NCBI GenBank assembly: GCA_964247055.1
Contig: OZ176055.1
Span: 1,550,001 to 1,614,000 of the forward strand
Length of the DNA stretch: 64,000 nt
Source of the DNA: Paragordius varius
Taxonomy: Eukaryota; Animalia; Nematomorpha
Reading direction: 5' to 3'
Part shown: positions 53,921 to 64,000 of the stretch, in pieces
Layout: each line of letters opens with the position of its first letter
Position numbering within the stretch: the stretch's first letter is position 1
Program-made: the position numbers and the translations under genes
Notes under the pieces: model-generated
The model's input: only the letters and a program-made list of their open reading frames with translations
Databases searched by the model: none
Told to the model about the DNA's origin: nothing

Positions 53921-56900
53921 TTTTCATACTCTGCCATTTAAAACAATGAGATTTATTGAAATTCAAGATTTAAAAAGTATGAGTGTCTTTCAGAAAAAAA
54001 TATTTGTCTCTATATTTTTTACGTTTTTCCGTATAATTTCAGTTTTTAAAAATATACATACTAAGACCTTACATTTAATTCATAATTTATTATTAAAGCT
54101 AATCGGTTTTTACCAAATTATGAATGAGAGATATAAATTTAATTATTTATATAGTTTACAATCGCAATTGATTAATTAATCAATTATAGCAAAAAAGGAT
54201 GTACAAAAAAGTATGGTTGTGTATTTAAATGTTTTGTCTGCTTATATTTTAAATTTTTTACATCTGAATCTAAAAAATATTTAAGTCAATAAAGATATGA
54301 ATATTTAATTATATGGTAAATACACTTACATAGATGGTTTAATATTTTCAAAGTGTCCAGCAAGATTTAAGATATTATGCATGTTTTCCAAAAAGTTTTT
54401 CGCTTTTGGCTTTGGATTTATCTGAGCATATATGAATTAACATTTATGATTTTAAGATTAGCGATAAATTTAATTTGTTAAATATGACGTACAAATTTGT
54501 ATGTAAATTTTAATAACGTAGTACCAATTCTATTGGATCGTGTTTTGGTGCAAACTTTGATATGGTTTTTTTAGATTCCTATTAATATATTATATATATA
54601 CATATGAATAAGTACATTGTAAAATTTTGAGTAAATATGTTGTTAAGTTGCTATACTTGTAGTTAACAAAGTAGTAATACAAATGGAAACAGTTGATGGC
54701 ATTGTAGAATATACCATTTACAGTTCAAATTCACCCTTGAACAATTCAAATTCACCCTCGAACAATTCAAATTCACCCTTGAAAATTCAAATTCACCCTC
54801 GAACAATTCAAATTCACCCTAAAAATAAATTATGTGTTTTTTCGAACTAAAATAACTCATTATTAATATAAAATATATCTTTATGGCATAATTAATTATT
54901 TTTTTCAGTATTATATTAATTTAAAACAAAATTTTATTTTTTAAAAACATATTAAAATATAGATAATTTTTCTTAAAAAACATGTTATTTATTTGAGGGT
55001 GAATTTGGATTGTTCAAGGGTGAATTTGAATTGTTTAAGGGTGAATTTGAATTGTTTAAGGGTGAATTTGAACTGTAAATGGTATATAATAATCCTATCT
55101 CATTATTCCGATTGCGTTAAACCCTTTTTAAACAATTTATTTGATAATTTTGGCGATAATCAATTTTTTTGAACTTAAGCTACCTTTAAAGTAGATTGTT
55201 TTAACTCTAAAAATAATTATAGTTATAGAAATACTTAAAATTCAAAATCGATAGCTTATTAATTCGTTAGGAAATACAAAGCAAACTCACGTCCTTACAC
55301 ACTGTGTGGCGAAAATGCGGATATGTAATATTATATGTAATTTAGCAAAAGTCCCAGCATATTGAAGATATGATGTTAATATAGTAAAAGTTATTTTTGT
55401 TTTTCTGCTATTAGTTAAAATCAAAAAATAAATACAATAGAGCTAACTGTATTTTTGTTAAAATATACAAATTATTATTGATATGGATCTTTATAAAAGA
55501 TCCTGGAAGCATTACAAGGTTCAAACCACACTTTGGCGTTAGTTCAATATTAAAAACTTATTTTTAAATATTATTATATTTATAATGCATTAGACTTTGA
55601 AGAGAAATTTAAATTATTGTAAGTTTCTAGAACTTTGTAGAAAATAAAAAAATTATCAAGGTGTAAGGATATCCATACGATACGTACGAACGGGCAAAAG
55701 ATGACGCATGTTTCATTGATTGTATTAAATTTTTTACACCAAATGTACGATAAAAACGCGATTTTTGGTTTTATGATAGAAAAATTAAAATACCCTTTTT
55801 ATATATATATATATATATATCATTTACCATTTAAATTTCCATTATCCTCAAACTTTTAGGTTTGATTCATAAATATTTTACGTTGCGTCCCGTATTACAA
55901 GTTAATTCGCAGTTAAAAAATGAATGCGTGTAATTAAATTATGTCTTACCTTCTTGACCAAGAAAAATATTAAGGGCAATGTGATTACGAAAACAGATTT
56001 TAAAACAGCAAATGCCATATGTGAAAATTTGAAAAAATTAAATATGGAAACAGACGACCTCTCTGTTTAATTTAAATAAATTAATATTCAGGAATAAAAA
56101 TGTTATATTGCATTATACATTATTTATTTAAAAATTAAGGATTATTATTTCTGTTTATGAAGAAATAGCGCTCTTTAAAACACAACTTAATTAAAATGCC
56201 TATTATTAATAATCACTATGTAACTTTAAGCAGATTCTGGGGAAACTAAATTATACTTTTTAAACCAAAAAAATGCAACAGCTTTTTTTCACAAATTTGG
56301 CAGTGTTTTAAAAGTTAAATATATACCTTATTTTTATGATCTTTATAATGTGCCTTGATATGTTTCATTATATTCTTTATCATTTTCAGCTAAAAATAAA
56401 ATAAAAGTAAAAAGAAAACCGAAAAAAGTGAAATGTTAAAACCCAAAATTATTTTTTACTATTTTGTTAGTATCATTAAGTTGAGTCGAATATGTTAAGT
56501 AACGGATGAAATCTGGATAAGAAAAGTATAGCATATTGACACATCTAGTGGGCAAATGGTTAGAATTAAAATATTGTGTTTCGTTTAATGAGACCCGAAT
56601 ATCTCTAAAAGTTGGAGCTGTAAAGACTGCCAAATCAGTCGCCATATATAGGATGAAAATATCCTTCAACATTCTAATTATACAATAATCATGTATGTAT
56701 TTAGGTATTGAATCACATTGTAATATATGTCAAAAATGGTAGGATGTAGAATTCAACGCAGTATTTAAGAAAAGAATTAGCCTAACGTACAAGAGGATTA
56801 CAACACTACTTTTTATACAAAAACTACAATATGATTTCATAGTGTATAATTATAACTATATGATTATAATTATCCTTCAATGACCGATTAATTATTCCAC

Positions 56901-59900
56901 TGTGTGCAAAAAAGAAGGTAAATTTTTATAACAATTTTTCATGAGATAGCTTATGACCAGTAAATATATTTGCGGCAAAATAATTAATTTGTTGACGACC
57001 TAATTTTTGGGAAATTGATAGAAAATCAAAATCAGGAAAAGGATGGATAGGTAAGGATAATTAAAAAATTGTGACAAAAGATATTAGGTTGGTTTTTATT
57101 TTAAAAGATATTTTTTATAATAAGCCTTATAGGGTTTCTTCAAAATCCATATAAAAAGATGAAACTATTAAAAAAATCTAAATTATCTAGCTAAACTCAC
57201 TATTAAAATATCATTCATATTTTATTCAGTAAAAAAATTAAAATTAAAATAAAACTAAAAAATATTGTTCTTAATTTTTCATTTTTTTGTCATCTGGTTT
57301 ATGTGTGTATAAAAAATTTATACTGTTTTTTCAAAAATCTTACCAGAGTGGGTTACAAAGTATATATTTATGCAGGACGTGATTTAAAATAATGGATTAA
57401 CCAACAATCCGTACAAACTGTTACAGGTTTGTTTTAACACAAATTAATATTTTTACTGGGATGTATAGATATTTGGTTGATTTTATACTTTTAATTTGCA
57501 TAAATTATATACTTTATAGTTCCCACTCATGTAAGATTTCAAATTGTTAATTTTTTATACACTCATAAACCAGATGACAAAAAAATGAAAAAATGAAAAC
57601 CATTTTTTAGTTTTATTTTAATATAGAATTTTCTTACTGGATAAAATATAAATGTTTATATTTTAATAGTGAGTTTAGCTAGTAACTAATTAAAAATATA
57701 TTTTAATATAAATTTTATTTTTAGTGTCTAAAGAAAAACACCATCTCTTAAACTTAAATTTTTAAGAAACCCTATATGATTTTAGGCTTCTATATAATAT
57801 CTCCTATGAGAATTAACCATAATATTTCAACTTCCTTATTTTTTGACCGATTTCGATTTTCCCTCATATTTCAAAAATTAGGTAGTAATAAAAAATTTTA
57901 CGGCAAATGAAAACGCTGGTCATAGGCTATCTCATGCCAAAAAATATTTTGTTAAAAAATTTTTTGTCTACAGTGTAAGTCTTACGTTGGATTTTGTTTT
58001 AACAAGGAACCAATGAATGTGCTATATTTTTTCGTAAAATCTGGATTTCCATCTACGAATTTAAATTTATTTTGACACACCATCCCAACTTTTTCCCAAC
58101 GTTGTCTCATAACAGTCCACATAATCTTCTAATAGGTTAAATAATTATTTTTTATACTTGATATATGTCCTTGTCGGTCGTATCTTTGATTTTCTAAAAA
58201 AATATTATTATTATTATTATTATAGAAGAATAATACCTTTTCCCAATCAACGGTAAAATTGCACATTATATTTTCAACGGGAGTTGATTCGCTAACCTAT
58301 AAAATATTTTATCATAGATGTATAAAAAGATATATAGTGTGAATTAAAAATGAATAGGATTTAGTCTCATGATTGATGTATAAGATCCATAAAACATAGG
58401 GCTAAACGGCTTACTAATTCTGTGTTCGTTAGTATTTTTTCAACGGTATTGAAAGAGTTACAATAATATATATATTTGCTATGTGAAGGCATAATAAATT
58501 AATATTAAATCTACTATACGAAAATGCATTTCTTCTGCTAGCCAAAATCCGGCTTGTTTGAAGTACGAAATGATATTACGTTTATTCGCTATAGGTTTAT
58601 TAATTAGGTATGCTTATAATTATACCATTTACAATATAAATTCATATTTGAACAATTCGAATTCATTCTTGAACACTAAAAATAATTTATGTGTTATAGG
58701 GATATAACTCATCATTCATATGTAACACTGTGTGCAAAAATTTTTTTATTTATGAGATAGCTTATGACAAGCGTATTCATTTGCCACAAAAATTTAAATT
58801 TGTTGACAACCTAGTTTTGGAATATTGAGAAATCAAAATTGGGCTCAAAGTGATAATTAAGGATAAATTAAAAAATTGTGATAAAATTTGAAATATTATG
58901 GTTTATTATCGTTTAAGGCGATATTTTCAATATATAAATAGCTTAAAATCATAGTTAGGGTTTTTTAAAATAGCTCAAAAGAGGCGTTTTCTTTTATCAC
59001 TCAAGAGACAAAATTGAATGAAACTAAATAATTTTTTTAGTTATTTACTACCTAAACTCACTATTTTTAACATTCATATTTTATTGAGTAAAAAATACTT
59101 ATATATCAAAATAAAACCAAAAATATTGATTATTTTTGCATTTTTTTGCCATCTGGTTTATGAGTGTATAAAAAATTTACACTGTTTTATTTTTGGATTC
59201 TTACATGGGAAATTATTAAGTATATTGCAAAAAAGGATGTAATCAATAAACAATCCTTACGAATCCCTGTAACCTGTTTTGTGACAAATTAATTTGAAGA
59301 TTTTACGGATGTTGATATTCCACTAATTTTAAATCCTATTTTGTATAAATTATATATTTTATAATTCGCACTCATTCCAAAATAAAACAGTTAATTTTTT
59401 ATACATTCACAAACCAGGTGACAAAAAAATGTGAAAATAATTAACAATATTTTTTGGTTTTATTTTGACATATGCTGAATAAAATATGGATTTTAAAATT
59501 TTAATAATGAGTTTAGCTTGTAAACAATTAAAATTATATTAAGATAGTATAAAAAAATTTTTGTCTTATGAATGTGTTAAAAACGCCATCTTTTGTGCTA
59601 TAATAAAAAACCTAACTACATGATTTTAGGCTATTTATATATTGAAAATATATCATGAAATGATAATAAACCATAACATCTCAAATTTTAACATTATTTT
59701 TTGAATTATTAATTATCATTATTTTTCACTTTTTGCCCGATTTTGAATCTCTCAATATTTTAAAAACTAAATTGTCAAAAAATAATAATTTTTGCGGAAA
59801 ATGAATTCACTGGTTATAAGCTATCTCAAAAAATTTTTTTCCGTTAAATTAAAATGACTCCTTTTTTGCATACAGTGTAATATATATTTATGGCATAGTT

Positions 59901-62736
59901 TATTAGTTTTTAAGTATTATTACACTGGACAACAAATTTTTTTGTCACTCGAGTTTTTTGCATTTTCTGATAATTTTAACAGTAAATCTGAAATAAATAT
60001 TATACTTCCACGTAAGAATTTTTCGATTTATTTGATTATGCGCTCTCTTAATCAAAATTTTGCTAAAAAATGTTTTTTTTTAAAATATTCAAGTAATGTT
60101 TTGTAATATATTCCAAAGTGTTATAACTCTATGAAATACATATTAATATGTATTACATCGACAGTTAATATTGGACACAGAGAGCGACAAACGCGCAAAG
60201 CGAGAGCATTTTTTTAATTATATTTTTAAAACTAATGGATGAAAATAGCTAAAACTTTGTCTAGATGGTGTCGAATGTCCAAAAAAGATAACAGAAAGTT
60301 TTTTTGACTAAAACATTTTTTATTGCTTTTATGTCACTCACAGCCATTTTTAAGTTGTGTTTTTCAAAAATTACCATCTCATCAAATTTATTTTCTTTAC
60401 GAGGTTGATAATTTTGAAATTTTAAAGATAAACACAAAGTTTAAGGATTTTTGATCTTTTATGGCCATTATAAATTACACAGTAATAACTATGCATTTTA
60501 GTATCCACTAAGTAAAATATTTATAATAATAATTTTTATTAAAAAGCAAACCAAAAGCTTTTTCAAACCTTTTTTTAAATCAAATACTAATATAACCCTA
60601 ATTTATATTAAAATAATTATTATTCTCAAATTGGGCCTGTGAAAATTTTTGACTTTAAGGATTGTGAATTTCGACCATTTAAACCCAAATAAGTTTTACC
60701 GATTGATTTAAATGACTTACTGCCATTTAGAAGATACAGTTTTTTACGCTCTTTCGAATGATATAAAATACATGGCTTCATATCTAAAACTTTTAATTTT
60801 CAAAATTTCAACTTCAATGTGAAATCGGGGCCAAAAATTATCGATCTCTGATTTAAAAAAATTCATGGGTATAGGACCAATTTTCTTATTAGATATACTA
60901 ATTATGTACTTTAGAAATAAATTTTGTACAAGAATGGCAGTTCAAAATAGTCAAAATTTGTTGTCTAGTGTTATTTAAATTTTATTTTTTAATATAATAA
61001 GATATAGCTTTAATCTTTAAAAGAATACATAAGTTATTTTAAGATGAATTCGAGTTGTTTAAGGGGGAATAGATCGTAAGTGGTATTTTGAGAAATTTTT
61101 TATTAGGCCACCCTTAAATATGCGTGCGATCCATTATGTCAAACTTGGTAAAATGGACCTGTGCCGTAAAATGTTTTACTTATTATTACCCAAACAAATA
61201 TGTCAAACACAGTCTACATTGGATAATAGTAAAATATTTACATAAATTATACGTATTTGAAACAAAGAATTCAGGGCTACTTAAATTTCTTATTTTGATT
61301 TAATAGAAAATTATAATGCAATAGCCCTATGCTATGATTACTAAAATTTTTTCAACTCTAGTTTGAATTGCAATATTCATTGCAAAATAGGTAACAGTTT
61401 ATAAACATAAATGCCCCAAATATTTTTTTATAAAAATTTTAAATAAAAATAGAGGTACGAACCTTATTCTCATTCATACCCATATCCATGATATTAAGAA
61501 ATTTATCGTAGACTTCTTTCAATTGCGGCCAATTATTATCATTTCCACCCATTGCCAAATATAAACTTTCCAGTATTTCCAATTCTTTTTCATACAATTT
61601 TGTTTCTTTGAGTCGCGTTGTTCGAGTCATGTTAACTCCTTCAATAACGACTTTGTTTTTTATAGGTTTTACACCATTGCTTTTTGGAACAGTAGTATAG
61701 TTAAAGACCATTGGAAACAATATATAATTATCACTTAAAATATCAAAAATTCCCGTATAATTTTCAGAAGCAGACTCGGACTGAGCGTAAATTTGTTGAC
61801 TTATGGCGCCGTACTTACTGAGAAATTTCGTTATATCACTAAATGCCAAAGTATCGTTTTTACTTTGTGGGCTATTCTGGTAGGCCAAGCAAGATTTGTA
61901 TAGTGCATTGTAATTTTTCAAGAATCTATTGTCAATTGGATTCTTCTCTATTAGAGCAAATTTTATATGTTAACAGTAACCCCCCTTATGATAAATCTCT
62001 TATGATAAACTTTATTTTAAAAAAGTTAGCTAAGGCCTATAATGGCCTTTTCTCATTTAAAATATAATATTATTTTAAAATTGGAAAAAAAGTTGAGTAA
62101 ATTTTCCCACTAATAAGGGGGTTAATGAGCGAAGGATGGCTACATCGAAAACTTTTAATTGCTCTGCGTAAGGCTAACAGGGATTGAAATCCGTTTTAGA
62201 TCGATTTAATTCGTTTTATAATATAAATATAAAAATACCTAATTTTTCAATGTATGCCTGGTAACTGGGAGGGGATTGTCCAGGTACAACTTTCTGCAAA
62301 GCTTCGCATCGTTTCATAAGAACCTGATTACAACTTACTAAAAATATACGTAAAAATCAAAATTTACAGTCAAAACGTTAAAATAAAGAGACAAATTTAG
62401 TTTTTGAAAAGACAACCCATGCTTTTTTAAATATTTTTTAAAATGCGAAATAGAAAATGCAATTTTATTAAAACAATGTGATTAGATAGTTAAATTAGCA
62501 AAAATTATGCTTTAAAAAGGTATGGTTGTCTTCTCAAAAAATATATTTGTGTATTATTTTTTACAATTCTCTTGTATGATTTTAATTTTTACTGTAATAT
62601 TGGATTTAAACTGATGCAGATATACTATAAAATTCATACCATTTTGTTGGGAAAGATTATTAGCAGTGCATAGACCGGCTTGAAAGATAGTGATGAAGAA
62701 GCTTAAAGCTAAAACTCCTTTACAAAATAGGCCCAT
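51885..62736 (-). CDS. Family AC copy 3 (more diverged paralogue), introns expanded by MITEs
   Basis: Exon 1 62640-62736 (MGLFCKGVLALSFFITIFQAGLCTANNLSQQN), exon 2 VSCNQVLMKRCEALQKVVPGQSP, exon 61463-61947 (LYKSCLAYQ), in-frame exons at ~57985-58296 and ORF 56436-56672, terminal exon 51885-52031 (EYCNSPFEFDETETEDMFLALGSMSEVAKLFSCTANEVSENCDNEMNS*). Splice positions conserved with copy 2. Confidence 0.6.
52872..53123. mobile_element. MITE family 1, diverged copy
   Basis: taccattta...taaatggta termini and one 21-mer per arm. Confidence 0.7.
53881..53918. repeat. (AT)n microsatellite; others at ~7033, ~11276, ~31799, ~34873
   Basis: Direct sequence. Confidence 0.95.
54712..55084. mobile_element. 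MITE family 1, near-identical copy
   Basis: Matches 9696-10087 nearly base for base. Confidence 0.9.
56898..57975. mobile_element. Foldback/MITE family 2 (cactgtgtgcaaaaa...tacagtg), long internal inverted repeats
   Basis: Terminal inversion plus extended arms (e.g. catctggtttatgtgtgtataaaaaa / ttttttatacactcataaaccagatg). Confidence 0.8.
58726..59877. mobile_element. Foldback/MITE family 2, second copy
   Basis: Same termini and internal palindrome as 56898-57975. Confidence 0.8.
59923..60970. mobile_element. MITE family 3, second copy
   Basis: Colinear with 22296-23244. Confidence 0.85.
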
Positions 62737-63119
62737 GTTCTTTTTGAAATGAAAATTCAAAAAAAAATTTAGAAATGAAGTTATCATGACTACAACTGAA
62801 TTTAAATAGATTTTTTTGGAGTTGTTTTTTTTTTCAGACACGTTACTCAGTGTTGTATTTATTTTTCCAAAACAGAGTAATTATTACAGGTAATAGCTAA
62901 CTATTTTTTAAAAAATAAAACGCTTATTTTATATATTATATATAAATGAAAGTATACTATTTTAGTTTCACAGTACCCAGAAATGTTTTTCTATTGTTTG
63001 TTTGTAAAACAAGAACAACAGCGTTGAGAGAGAGAGAGAGGGAATGATTAAAATTATAAATAAAATAATTTGAGAAATTCTTTATATATACTAGCAAAAA
63101 AATTTAACAAAATAATAAT

Positions 63120-63379
63120 ATATTATGAGATATTTTAAGACCAGCGTATCAAATAGTGAAAATATCTCAAATGATAATAAACCGTAATTGTCAAATTTTT
63201 TTTTAAATTATCCTTGATTATCCCTAATTTTCACCTTCTTCCCGATTTCGATTTTCTCTTAATATTTTAAAAACTAGGTCGTCAACATATTAAAACTTTT
63301 GCGGCAAAACGCTGGTCTAAGCTACCTCATAAAAAAAATTTTGTTAAAAGAAACTAACCCTCTTTTTTTGCATACAGTG
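63120..63379. mobile_element. Family 2 right-arm fragment
   Basis: ttttttgcatacagtg terminus and subterminal ccgatttcgattttc...taggtcgtcaaca block. Confidence 0.6.
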
Positions 63380-63879
63380 TATATATACGATTTTATTAAT
63401 TTTGATTAATCTAGCCTTGTGAGCATGATCGCTCTATTATGACAACTATAAAATTTACATGTAGCAGAAAGGTTTTTTCGCTTATAATAATAATTAATTC
63501 ATAAAATAAACACGAGTGTTGATATTTTGGACAACTGTTTAGGTAACTGATTTTTCTAACAAAACAAATTTAAACAGCTTTAAACTAAAAAAACAGTTTG
63601 TAAATCAACTATTTGTTCGGATTTGTAACTATAAAATCATATGGCAAATGAAAAATTTGTGGTATTTCTAGGCACCTATTTAAGCTGTGTTTAACCACAT
63701 CTCTTGAGGAAAAAAATGGGTATTGATTGGGAAATTATTTGTACAAAAATTTATACAAAACTTTTCAAAGGCAATCAATAATGTGATGTAAAAAACCTCT
63801 TATAAACAATATTCGGTATAATATATATGTATATTAAACTTTAAGCAGCAATTAACTTTATATTTACTTTCTAAACTTC

Positions 63880-64000
63880 TATAAAGTTGTGTTAAATGAT
63901 GGCAATAAATTATTAAGACAAACTAAAAATTATACCATGTTCACTAGCTGAGCCCTATCATGCGTCGCCTGACTTAGTCTAAACAATTTAATAATGGAGT
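63880..64000 (+). pseudogene. 5' fragment of a third family B copy (continues off right edge)
   Basis: 63896-64000 aligns by eye with 4575-4675 and 31835-31930 (gatggc..aattatt..ag..aaaatt.tacc..actag.tg.gccct..tgactta..aaacaatt.ataat). Confidence 0.5.

Larger units (their letters stand above)
58623..61085. mobile_element. MITE family 1 old copy containing two nested MITEs
   Basis: Left arm 58623-58725, middle 59878-59922 (tatggcata..tt.att), right arm 60971-61085. Confidence 0.7.

Overview
Very AT-rich eukaryotic (probably metazoan) DNA; no rRNA, tRNA or CRISPR array was recognised. The window is a tandem array of head-to-head gene pairs. Family AC (minus strand; copies at <1-3716, 19901-29468, 51885-62736) is a multi-exon gene for a signal-peptide protein with highly diverged M13/neprilysin-like motifs, no visible HExxH, and many 26-47 nt introns. 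Family B (plus strand; ~4560-19150, ~31830-50300, start of a third copy at the right edge) is a decayed M13-like pseudogene whose central ~1.9 kb is triplicated. The pairs are riddled with mobile DNA: hAT transposase remnants, RTE LINE fragments, integrase remnants, two small non-autonomous LTR elements with 5-bp TSDs, at least four MITE/foldback families (some nested) and a ~110-bp satellite. Exon models and family assignments were read by eye with no database search. I could not build a complete stop-free model for any AC copy, so their functional status is open.
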